Of a stretch of 64,000 nucleotides of DNA, positions 9,763 to 17,959 are shown piece by piece. The stretch's first letter is position 1; each line of letters opens with the position of its first letter. The notes below the pieces were generated by a model. It had not been told where the DNA came from. It made no database searches and was given only the letters and a program-made list of their open reading frames with translations. A program made the position numbers and the translations under genes. The stretch lies in assembly GCA_050249955.1 (NCBI GenBank), contig JBFWPN010000004.1, forward strand, positions 224,850-288,849. Reading direction: 5' to 3'. This DNA comes from Vicinamibacterales bacterium. Its GTDB lineage: Bacteria > Acidobacteriota > Vicinamibacteria > Vicinamibacterales > CAVVIG01.

Positions 9763-10122
9763 ATGGAACGCATCCCGATCCTGAAGATGGGGAGCTTCCT
9801 CCTGGTCTCCATCCAGGTGGACATGCACGACCGGCTGGCGCTGCAGTTGCAGGACGACCTCACCACCCGCATTGCGGACACCGGCGCCAGCGGCGTGCTG
9901 ATCGACATCTCGGCGCTCGAGATGGTGGACTCCTTCATCGGGCGCATGCTGGCCAACATCGCCGGCATGTCGCGCGTCCTCGATGCCGAGACCGTCGTGG
10001 TCGGCATGCGGCCCGCGGTCGCCATCACGCTCGTGGAACTCGGCATGTCGCTGCCCGGCGTGCGCACGGCGCTCAACGTCGAGAAGGGCATGGAACTGCT
10101 CGACGCGGCTGTGCAGCGATGA
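9763..10122 (+). CDS. rsbS: stressosome scaffold/antagonist RsbS (single STAS domain)
   Basis: 119-aa STAS protein with 'IPILKMGSFLLVSIQ' and the 'MVDSF' serine context. 2-nt gap after rsbR. Confidence 0.9.
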   Translation: MERIPILKMGSFLLVSIQVDMHDRLALQLQDDLTTRIADTGASGVLIDISALEMVDSFIGRMLANIAGMSRVLDAETVVVGMRPAVAITLVELGMSLPGVRTALNVEKGMELLDAAVQR

Positions 10123-10523
10123 ACCACGGCGCCGATGAGTCGCTTCCGCTCGAGTCGGACGAGCACGTGGTGCGCGTCCGGCAGGCGGTCCGTGCCCGGG
10201 CGGTGGAACTGGGGTTCAGCCTGGTGGAGCAGACGAAGGTCGTGACGGCGGCCAGCGAGCTCGCGCGCAACACGATCCAGCACGGCGGCGGCGGGCAGGC
10301 GCACATCGAATCGCTGGTCGATGGGCATCGGCGGGGCCTGCGGCTCACCTTCAGCGATACGGGCCCCGGCATTGCGGATATCCAGCAGGCCCTCAAGGAC
10401 GGCTACTCGACAGGAGGTGGGCTGGGCCTCGGGCTGTCCGGCGCCAGGCGCCTCTCGAGCGAGTTCGCGATCGAGTCAACGCCCGGACGCGGCACCCGCG
10501 TGGTGATCACACGATGGAAGTAG
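10119..10523 (+). CDS. rsbT: stressosome serine kinase RsbT (GHKL, HATPase_c_2 type)
   Basis: 134 aa. 'ELARNTIQHGGGG' N-box and 'DTGPGI...GLGLGL' G-boxes. ATGA overlap with rsbS. Confidence 0.9.
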   Translation: MNHGADESLPLESDEHVVRVRQAVRARAVELGFSLVEQTKVVTAASELARNTIQHGGGGQAHIESLVDGHRRGLRLTFSDTGPGIADIQQALKDGYSTGGGLGLGLSGARRLSSEFAIESTPGRGTRVVITRWK

Positions 10524-11527
10524 CCGAGGCACACCGCACGATCGCCGTCGTCGAGGCGTCGCAGCCCGCCGCGGCCCGGTTCCTCGTGCGTGAACTGGCC
10601 GATGCGGCGGGGTTCGGCGAGGAAGACAGCTATCGTGCCGGGCTCGTGGCCACCGAGCTGGCCACCAACCTGGTGAAGCACGCGCGTGCGGGCGAGATGC
10701 TGGCGCGCATCGTGCGCGACGGCGGGGAGCCCGGTGTCGAGGTGCTCTCGGTCGATCGCGGTCCCGGCATCCGCGACGTGAGCCTCGCCCTGTCGGACGG
10801 GCACTCCACCACCGGCACCGCGGGCCACGGCCTCGGTGCCGTCAGGCGGCTTGCTGATGCGTTCGACATCCACTCAACAGAGGGACGGGGCACGATCGTC
10901 CTGGCCCGCCTCACGTTGCGGCGGCGCGGGCCAGGCCGCGGCAGCGTCGAGTGCGCCGGCGTGTCGGTTGCGGTGGACGGCGAACCGGTGTGCGGCGACG
11001 GCTGGCGGGTGAAGGATCACCCGGAGCAGGCCTCTGTCGCAGTCGTGGACGGCCTGGGGCACGGTCTCCGGGCGGCCGAGGCTGCCGCGGCCACGCTGCA
11101 GGCGTTCACCGAGGCCAACGGCGGCGGCGCGGCCCGTACGCTCGAGGCGATGCACGACGCTGCCAGGCACACCCGCGGTGCGGCGGGCACGGTGGTCAAC
11201 CTGCTGCCCTCGCGCGGGCTCCTCGTCTGCGCCGGCATCGGCAACGTGGCCACCAGCATCGTCTCGCCGGCAGGCATCGTCCGGCACGCGGTGACGCTAC
11301 CGGGCACCCTTGGCCACCAGGTACGTGGCGTGCGGGAGTTCAGCTATCCGTGGGATGCCGACTCCGTGGTCGTCATGCACTCCGACGGGCTCACCTCGCA
11401 GTGGACCTTCGACGGGCTCGCCGGCATCCAACGGCGTCATCCGGCGGTCATGGCCGCGGCGCTGTACCGGGACTTCCGGCGGGTCCGCGACGACGTGACC
11501 GTGGTCGTGGGACGGATGCCGCGATGA
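10514..11527 (+). CDS. RsbT/RsbW-like GHKL domain fused to PP2C (SpoIIE/RsbX-like) phosphatase
   Basis: The N-terminal ~125 aa are paralogous to RsbT (ELATNLVKHA, DRGPGI, GHGLG). The C-terminal part has 'GDGW.....VVDGLGHG' and 'MHSDGL' PP2C motifs. Overlaps rsbT by 10 nt. Confidence 0.85.
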   Translation: MEVAEAHRTIAVVEASQPAAARFLVRELADAAGFGEEDSYRAGLVATELATNLVKHARAGEMLARIVRDGGEPGVEVLSVDRGPGIRDVSLALSDGHSTTGTAGHGLGAVRRLADAFDIHSTEGRGTIVLARLTLRRRGPGRGSVECAGVSVAVDGEPVCGDGWRVKDHPEQASVAVVDGLGHGLRAAEAAAATLQAFTEANGGGAARTLEAMHDAARHTRGAAGTVVNLLPSRGLLVCAGIGNVATSIVSPAGIVRHAVTLPGTLGHQVRGVREFSYPWDADSVVVMHSDGLTSQWTFDGLAGIQRRHPAVMAAALYRDFRRVRDDVTVVVGRMPR

Positions 11528-13647
11528 CGAGCCGGCTGCTCACCGTGCGCATTGCGCGCGAGGACGATGTGGTGGCGGCGCGCCAGCGGGCACGGCAGGT
11601 GGCGGGTGCCCTGGGCTTCGACGGCACCGACCAGACCCGCGTGGCCACTGCGGTGTCGGAGCTGGCCCGCAACGCGTTCCAGTATGCGCACGGCGGCACC
11701 GTCGCCTTCGAGCTCGAGGGCGACAGGCCTCCGCAGGTGCTGACCATCAGCGTCAGCGACAGGGGCCCGGGGATTGCGAACCTCTCCGACGTGCTGTCGG
11801 GGCGGTACCGGTCGTCGACCGGCATGGGGCTCGGGCTGGTCGGCACGCGCCGGCTGATGGATGGCTTCGCGATCGAGTCGTCCGAGGGTGGGACCACCGT
11901 GACCGTGCGGAAGCTGCTCCCGAGGCGGGCGCACTTCGTGCCGCCGTCCGAGGTGGGCGCGCTCGTCCAGCAGCTGGCCCTCGAGCGCCCTCGCGGCATG
12001 CTGGACGAGGTGCAGTTCCAGAACCAGGAACTGCTGCGCGCGCTGGACGAACTGCGGCGCCGACAGGAGGAGCTCGAGCGGGTGAACGGCGAGCTCCAGG
12101 ACACGAACAGGGGCGTCGTCGCGCTCTATGCCGAGCTGGACGAGCGGGCCGACCACCTGCGCCGGGCTGACGAACTCAAGACCAGGTTCCTGTCGAACAT
12201 GACGCACGAGTTCCGGACCCCGGTGAACTCCATCCTCGCGCTCACGAGCCTGCTTGCCGACCGGCTGGAATCGGGTCCCGACCAGAAGGACGAGGTCTAC
12301 TACATTCGGCGATCGGCCCAGCAGCTCTCCGACCTGGTCAACGACCTGCTCGACATCGCGAAGGTGGAGGCGGGAAAGATCGACGTCCGATCGTCTGCGT
12401 TCGAGGTCGACTCGCTGTTCGGCGCCCTGCGTGGCATGCTGCGGCCCCTGCTGGTGAACCAGTCGCTCAGCCTGGTCTTCGAGGACGCCGCCGGGCTTCC
12501 GCCCCTGCTGTCGGACGAGAGCAAGGTGTCGCAGATCCTGCGCAACTTCATCTCGAATGCGCTCAAGTACACCGAGCGCGGCGAGGTGCGGGTGAGCGCG
12601 GTGCTCACCGACGCGCGCGACCAGATCGTCTTCTCGGTGGCCGACACCGGCATCGGCATCCCGGAGGCCGACATCGCCCGCGTGTTCGACGAGTTCGTGC
12701 AGATCGAGAATCCGCTGCAACGACGGTCGAAGGGCACGGGCCTGGGCCTGCCGCTGTCCAAGCGCCTCGCCGAACTGCTCGGCGGCAGCATCAGCGTGAT
12801 CAGCACGCTTGGCGTCGGCTCGACCTTCTCGCTGACCCTGCCGCTCCTGTTCCGCGATCCCGTGACGGCCGCGCCCATCCGCATCGAGCCCGGGCGCGTG
12901 CCGGTGCTCGTCGTGGAGGACTCCGACGAGGACATGCTGCTCTACGAGCGGGCGCTCATGGGGTCACGGTTCCAGGTCGTACCCACGCGCTCGGTGTCCA
13001 CCGCGCTGGCGGCGCTCGACGCGGTGACACCTGCGGTCATCGTCCTGGACATCAGGCTGCAGTCCGAGGATTCGTGGAGCCTGCTGGCCCGCCTCAAGAG
13101 GGACGACGGGACACGCGGCATTCCGCTGGTGCTGGTCTCGGGCCTGGACGATCGGCAGAAGGGGTTCGCGCTTGGAGCCGATGCCTACCTGGTCAAGCCG
13201 GTCGATCGCCACCACCTGCTGGAACTGCTGGAGACGCTCACCAGCCATTCGTCGACCCTCCGGATCCTCTCGGTGGATGACGAGGAGACGTTCCGCTTCA
13301 TCATCCGCGAGATGATTGGGACCGAGTTCGACGTCGAGTTCGCGGAGTCCGGCGGGCAGGCGCTCCAGCGCGTCCAGGAACGCCGGCCCGACATCGTCTT
13401 GATGGACCTGGAGCTGGGCGACATGGACGGCGTCGAGCTTCATGCGCACCTGCGGTCCGACCCGGTGACGGCCGATCTGCCCATCGTGGTCGTGTCGTCG
13501 CAGCCGGTATCCGACGCCGATCGCCTCCGGTTCGGGCCCTCCCTGGTGCTGCCCAAGTCGCAGCTCTCGCGTGAGCGCCTTGTCACCACCATCCGCGGCG
13601 CCCTGCCGCGCGGTGTCGCCGGGCGTCGTCCGGCGGGAGGACCCTGA
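11524..13647 (+). CDS. hybrid sensor histidine kinase: RsbT-like GHKL domain + coiled coil + HisKA/HATPase_c + two receiver domains
   Basis: ORF 10951..13647 trimmed to ATG 11524 (ATGA overlap with the previous stop). H-box 'SNMTHEFRTP'. 'GTGLGL' G-box. Two receivers: 'VLVVEDSDED...VLDIRL' and 'ILSVDDEE...VLMDLELGDMDG'. Confidence 0.9.
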   Translation: MTSRLLTVRIAREDDVVAARQRARQVAGALGFDGTDQTRVATAVSELARNAFQYAHGGTVAFELEGDRPPQVLTISVSDRGPGIANLSDVLSGRYRSSTGMGLGLVGTRRLMDGFAIESSEGGTTVTVRKLLPRRAHFVPPSEVGALVQQLALERPRGMLDEVQFQNQELLRALDELRRRQEELERVNGELQDTNRGVVALYAELDERADHLRRADELKTRFLSNMTHEFRTPVNSILALTSLLADRLESGPDQKDEVYYIRRSAQQLSDLVNDLLDIAKVEAGKIDVRSSAFEVDSLFGALRGMLRPLLVNQSLSLVFEDAAGLPPLLSDESKVSQILRNFISNALKYTERGEVRVSAVLTDARDQIVFSVADTGIGIPEADIARVFDEFVQIENPLQRRSKGTGLGLPLSKRLAELLGGSISVISTLGVGSTFSLTLPLLFRDPVTAAPIRIEPGRVPVLVVEDSDEDMLLYERALMGSRFQVVPTRSVSTALAALDAVTPAVIVLDIRLQSEDSWSLLARLKRDDGTRGIPLVLVSGLDDRQKGFALGADAYLVKPVDRHHLLELLETLTSHSSTLRILSVDDEETFRFIIREMIGTEFDVEFAESGGQALQRVQERRPDIVLMDLELGDMDGVELHAHLRSDPVTADLPIVVVSSQPVSDADRLRFGPSLVLPKSQLSRERLVTTIRGALPRGVAGRRPAGGP

Positions 13648-15116
13648 TGCCTCGCGCGGTTGTCCTGGTGGTGGACGATGACGAGTCGGGCCGCTTCGCG
13701 AGGGCCCAGGTGCTGCGCCGCGCCGGCTTCGAGGTGGTCGAGGCTGGTTCGGGAGCGGAGGCGTTCGAACGCCTGAGCACCGTCGTGCCTGACGCCATCG
13801 TGCTCGACGTGAACCTGCCCGACATCAACGGCATGGAGATCAGCCGCCGCGTGCGGTCCGGCGAGGGCGACACCAGCATGGTACCGATCCTCCAGGTGTC
13901 GTCGACCGCCGTGTCCGCTGCCGAGCAGGTGAAGGGGCTGGAGCTGGGCGCGGACGTGTACGTGACCGAGCCGATCCATCCCGACGTGTTCGTCGCCGCC
14001 GTCCGTGCCCTGGTGCGCGTGCGCAGGGCGGAGCGCGAGCTCGGCCTCGCGCTCCAGCGCGAGCGGGCGGCCCGGCTCGAGGCGGAAGAGGCGAACGCCA
14101 CGAAGAACGACTTCATCGCCACTCTCTCGCACGAGCTACGCACGCCGCTGAACGCGCTGCTCGGCTCGGTATGGCAGCTCCGGCATGCTGCCGGTGACGA
14201 GGCGGCGCGCCAGCGGGCGCTCGACCGGATCGAGCGCAGTGCCGCGGCGCAGGCGCGGCTGATCAACGACCTGCTGGATCTCTCCCGCATCGCGCGCGGC
14301 AAGCTGACGCTCGCGCTCCGGCTGGTCGACGTGGCCGACATCCTCGAGGACAGCGTGGACGCCGTCAGGCCGGCCGCGGCCCAGAAGCGCGTGACCCTCC
14401 AGACCACGTGGGATCACGTCCGGGTGGTGGCCGATCCCGACCGCCTGCAGCAGATCTTCGTGAACCTGCTGACCAACGCGGTGCAGTTCACGCCGCCGGG
14501 CGGCGTCATCCGCGTGTCGGCCGGAATCGATCGACGGGACGTCGTCATCCGCGTGGACGACTCGGGTGCGGGGATTGCGGCCGACTTCCTGCCGCTGGTG
14601 TTCGAGCAGTTCCGCCAGGGCGAGGCCGGCATGAGCCGCAAGCACGGCGGCCTGGGGCTGGGGCTTGCCGTCGTGAAGCAACTCGTCGACCTGCACGACG
14701 GGCAGGTATCGGTGACGAGCGCCGGGCGGGATCGAGGGTCGTCCTTCACGGTGCGGATCCCCTGCGAATCGGTGGCGACGACGGCAGCCGAAGCCGAGGG
14801 CCGCCCGCTCGAGCGCGTGCGCGTGGTCCTGGCGCCAGATGCCGACATGCCTGCGGACCTGCCGGCGGTGCTGGCAGCCGCCGGCGCCACGGTAGAGTCG
14901 GTGCGGGACCTGCCAGGCGTGGAGGCCCACGTGCGGGGCTCGGACTGCGACGCGGTGGTGATCTCACCGACGTATGCCGCGCGCCTGCCGGCGTCGCTCA
15001 GCGATGCCCGTGGCCGGGTGCCCCTCGCCATCACCGCGTGGGTGACCGAGCAGCCGATTGCCGTGGTGCGGAGGCTCAGCCGCGGTGTCCGGAACGGGAA
15101 TGGCAGTGCCGGCTGA
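13647..15116 (+). CDS. receiver-histidine kinase hybrid (REC + HisKA + HATPase_c + uncharacterised C-terminal ~110 aa)
   Basis: 'VLVVDDDE...VLDVNLPDINGME' receiver. H-box 'LSHELRTPLN'. 'HGGLGLGLAV' G-box. The start overlaps the previous stop (TGATG). Confidence 0.9.
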   Translation: MPRAVVLVVDDDESGRFARAQVLRRAGFEVVEAGSGAEAFERLSTVVPDAIVLDVNLPDINGMEISRRVRSGEGDTSMVPILQVSSTAVSAAEQVKGLELGADVYVTEPIHPDVFVAAVRALVRVRRAERELGLALQRERAARLEAEEANATKNDFIATLSHELRTPLNALLGSVWQLRHAAGDEAARQRALDRIERSAAAQARLINDLLDLSRIARGKLTLALRLVDVADILEDSVDAVRPAAAQKRVTLQTTWDHVRVVADPDRLQQIFVNLLTNAVQFTPPGGVIRVSAGIDRRDVVIRVDDSGAGIAADFLPLVFEQFRQGEAGMSRKHGGLGLGLAVVKQLVDLHDGQVSVTSAGRDRGSSFTVRIPCESVATTAAEAEGRPLERVRVVLAPDADMPADLPAVLAAAGATVESVRDLPGVEAHVRGSDCDAVVISPTYAARLPASLSDARGRVPLAITAWVTEQPIAVVRRLSRGVRNGNGSAG

Positions 15117-15133
15117 CGCGGCGCACGCGGGGG

Positions 15134-15700
15134 CTACTCCGTGGCTGCTGGTGCGTCCGCCCGCCGCATCGGCGCCAGCGCGCGCGCGAACGACCGCACC
15201 CGACCCTCGCACGGGGGCAGTGGGTCGCACGCCAGCACGTAGAGCACGACGGTGGTGAGCAGCGCGAGCGCCTCGGTCGTCAGCATGAACCGCATGCCGG
15301 ACGCCAGGTAGGCCATCCAGAGCGGACCCGAGAGGAGCACCGAGATCGTCAGGAACGCAATCCGGAGCTGTGCGTCCCTCACACGGCGCGGGTTCCGGAG
15401 GCCGCGAGCCACCCGCCCATACGCCTGTGCCTCGGCTGCCTCGAGCGACATCCGGAAGAGCGTGCGCGTGAGCATGACGAAGACCGCGCCACCGAAGCCG
15501 GCCACGAACACCCGCAGTGCGAACATGCCGCTCAGCCAGTAGAGCACCGACACCCAGCCGAAGTAGATGACGATGCTGAGGTTGGTGAGCTGGAAGGCGA
15601 GCCAGACATTGCTGCGCCCGGTCCACCGCTGAAACCAGCGGCAGAGCCGTTCCACCAGGTCGAGAACCGCAGAGTCGACATAGGCCATGGAGGATGACAC
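15134..15700 (-). CDS. hypothetical polytopic membrane protein
   Basis: 188-aa ORF with about 4 hydrophobic helices. GTG start at 15700 or ATG at 15688. No family recognised. Confidence 0.55.
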   Translation of the reverse strand: MSSSMAYVDSAVLDLVERLCRWFQRWTGRSNVWLAFQLTNLSIVIYFGWVSVLYWLSGMFALRVFVAGFGGAVFVMLTRTLFRMSLEAAEAQAYGRVARGLRNPRRVRDAQLRIAFLTISVLLSGPLWMAYLASGMRFMLTTEALALLTTVVLYVLACDPLPPCEGRVRSFARALAPMRRADAPAATE

Positions 15701-15857
15701 CCTCGCGCGTGTGACTGCTTAGACACCACAGGCCGGCGTCCGGTTCGGCCGGCCGTGTGCCCAGTGGTCCCGGCCTTCCGGGCGTTCCCGGCGTCCTGCC
15801 ATATCCGCGCCGGGTTCTGGCAGCCGGGCGGGCGCGGGGATTGCGTGGCACAGCTCC

Positions 15858-17141
15858 GTGCGCCTGCGCCCGAGCCGTCTCCTCACCGGTCTCCTCATCG
15901 TCGTCGCAGCCATCGCCCTGGCGCTGGCGGTGGCGCAGGACCAGGAGACGCTGCAGCTTCGGAGTGGTGTGGCGGCCGCCGATGCCGGCTCGCCGGCCTA
16001 CCTGGCGGCCCTGACAGGCGCGCCGGTTTCGACGGGCAACCGGTTCACCATCCTGAACAACGGCGACGAGATGTTCCCGGCGATGCTCGGGGCGATCGAC
16101 CGGGCCAGGGCGCGGGTGCGCTTCGAGACGTTCGTCTTCGAGGATGGCGAACTGGCCACACGCTTCGTCGAGGCCTTCGAACGGGCCGCCCATCGCGGTG
16201 TGACGGTCGACATCGTGGTGGACTTCATCGGGGCGAGCGACATGGCCGAGCAGCACCTGGAGCGGCTGCGTGCTGCCGGATGCCGGGTCATCAGCTACAA
16301 CGAGGCGGAGTGGTACCACCTCGAGGAAGTGAACTACCGCACGCACCGGAAGATCCTGGTGGTCGACGGACAGGTGGCGTTCACCGGAGGGGCCGGGCTG
16401 GCGGACCATTGGCTGGGGCACGCGCAGGATCCGGAGCACTGGCGTGACATCCAGGTGGGCATCCAGGGGCCGGTTGCGCGGCTGCTCGAAGCGGCCTTCT
16501 ACGAGAACTTCGTCGAGCTCGGAGCGCCGGTGACACCGCGGATCGGCCCGGCGCCCTCCGTCTGGGCGGGCGGGGCGATGGAGGTAGCGACCGGATCGAG
16601 CCTCGTGGTGCGGAGCTCCGCAAGCGGTGGCAGCAGCGACATGAAGCGGCTCTACCTGCTGCTGATTGCCTCGGCGCGCCGGACCCTGGACATAGCGAGC
16701 CCGTATTTCGTGAGCGACGAGTCGTCCGAGTGGGCGCTGGACGATGCGGTGAAGCGGGGCGTGCGGGTGCGGGTACTCACCGAGGGGGACCACACGGATG
16801 CCCGGCCGGTGAAGTATGCCTCGCGCCGGAACTACGACCGGCTGATCGCGCGAGGCATCCAGATCGCGGAGTACCAGCCGACCATGTTCCACGCGAAGGT
16901 GATGGTGGTGGACGGCGTCTGGAGCATGTTCGGGTCGGCCAACTTCGACAATCGGTCGCTCGAACTGAACGACGAACTGAACGTGGCGGTGCACGACGCC
17001 GACCTCGCCTCGCGATTCGGACGCATCTTCGAAGACGACCTGCGTCGTGCGAAGGCGCTCACGCTGCCGGAGTGGCGGCGCCGTCCGCTCGGCGAGAAGG
17101 CGCGGGAGTTCTTCTGGGGGTACTGGGGCGAAATCTTCTGA
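15858..17141 (+). CDS. cls: cardiolipin synthase / phospholipase D family
   Basis: Two HKD motifs (HRKILVVDGQVAFTGGAG and HAKVMVVDGVWSMFGSANFDNRS) and an N-terminal TM helix. Confidence 0.9.
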   Translation: MRLRPSRLLTGLLIVVAAIALALAVAQDQETLQLRSGVAAADAGSPAYLAALTGAPVSTGNRFTILNNGDEMFPAMLGAIDRARARVRFETFVFEDGELATRFVEAFERAAHRGVTVDIVVDFIGASDMAEQHLERLRAAGCRVISYNEAEWYHLEEVNYRTHRKILVVDGQVAFTGGAGLADHWLGHAQDPEHWRDIQVGIQGPVARLLEAAFYENFVELGAPVTPRIGPAPSVWAGGAMEVATGSSLVVRSSASGGSSDMKRLYLLLIASARRTLDIASPYFVSDESSEWALDDAVKRGVRVRVLTEGDHTDARPVKYASRRNYDRLIARGIQIAEYQPTMFHAKVMVVDGVWSMFGSANFDNRSLELNDELNVAVHDADLASRFGRIFEDDLRRAKALTLPEWRRRPLGEKAREFFWGYWGEIF

Positions 17142-17154
17142 GCGCCCCTGTCGT

Positions 17155-17802
17155 TCACGGCTTCGGGATCCGCAGCGTGGCGCTGATCATGGCACTGCCA
17201 CTGAGCCCGTAGAGCAGGCTGAGGGGATGGAATCCGGCGAACCCGAGCCGGTAATGCCCGAACCAGAGGTGTTCGTCGGTGGCGCCCGTGAAGAACGCCA
17301 CCGCCAGGAGGGCGACGATGGCGATGCTGGTGGGGATGGGGGTGCCTTCGAAGTACTGCACCTTGCCGGTGGCCGCGTCGGCGAGTGCGCTCGCGGTGAC
17401 GTTGAAGCGGGCCAGGCGGCTGACGCCGCACACCACGAAGTAGGCCAGCACGACCATGTCCCAGCCGCCGCGAAGCCCCAGTGTGAAGCCGAGCACGGCT
17501 GGGGCGACGCCGAAGGAGATGACGTCGGCCAATGAGTCGAGGTCGCCGCCGAGCACCGACTGCCGCCGGCGGTCCAGCCGGGCCACGTAGCCGTCGAGGA
17601 TGTCGCACAGCAGGGCAAGCGGCAGCAGCACGAACGCGATCGCCAGGATCGACGGGCGGCGGTCTTCGGCCAGGTAGTTCAGGCAGAGGAAGATGGCGAT
17701 GGTGCCGCAGGTTGCATTGCCGATGGTGAGGAGGTCGGCAGCCGTGTACGACCGGAGCATGGAGAGGTGACGGGGACGCTCCGGTGCCTGCGGTCCGCTC
17801 AT
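17155..17802 (-). CDS. pssA: CDP-diacylglycerol--serine O-phosphatidyltransferase (CDP-alcohol phosphatidyltransferase family)
   Basis: ORF 17155..18045 trimmed to ATG 17802 (alternative 17760). Signature DGxxARx8Gx3Dx3D present as 'DILDGYVARLDRRRQSVLGGDLDSLAD'. Confidence 0.85.
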   Translation of the reverse strand: MSGPQAPERPRHLSMLRSYTAADLLTIGNATCGTIAIFLCLNYLAEDRRPSILAIAFVLLPLALLCDILDGYVARLDRRRQSVLGGDLDSLADVISFGVAPAVLGFTLGLRGGWDMVVLAYFVVCGVSRLARFNVTASALADAATGKVQYFEGTPIPTSIAIVALLAVAFFTGATDEHLWFGHYRLGFAGFHPLSLLYGLSGSAMISATLRIPKP

Positions 17803-17886
17803 GGCCTCATCCGGTTCAGCAACATGAGGGCCATTGTGGCACTGCCGGGCAGGTGGAGCTGGTCGGGCAGGTGGGGCTGCCCGGGA

Positions 17887-17924
17887 ACAAAAAAGCACGG
17901 AGGCCCCATTGGAACCTCCGTGCT
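17887..17924 (-). terminator. intrinsic terminator downstream of 17960..19366
   Basis: On the minus strand: AGCACGGAGG-(11 nt loop)-CCTCCGTGCT followed by TTTTTTG. Confidence 0.7.
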
Positions 17925-17959
17925 CGGGTCGTGCATCGCGGCGCCCGGGGGGCGCGCGG

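Noticed and set aside
10951-11523. N-terminal 191-aa extension of the histidine kinase ORF
   Set aside because: It lies in another frame of the PP2C gene and translates to Arg/Gly-rich sequence. ATG 11524 gives an ATGA-coupled start and a domain homologous to RsbT from its first residues.
8870-15116. A classical SigB partner-switching cassette (RsbU/RsbV/RsbW/SigB) downstream of the stressosome genes
   Set aside because: I looked for a sigma-70 family protein and a single-domain STAS anti-anti-sigma factor after rsbT. Neither is present, and the downstream genes are kinases and a phosphatase.
14964-16994. 676-aa minus-strand ORF
   Set aside because: It is antisense to cls and the end of the kinase gene. 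Composition is Arg/Pro/Gly-rich with no motifs. It overlaps well-supported genes with clear family signatures.
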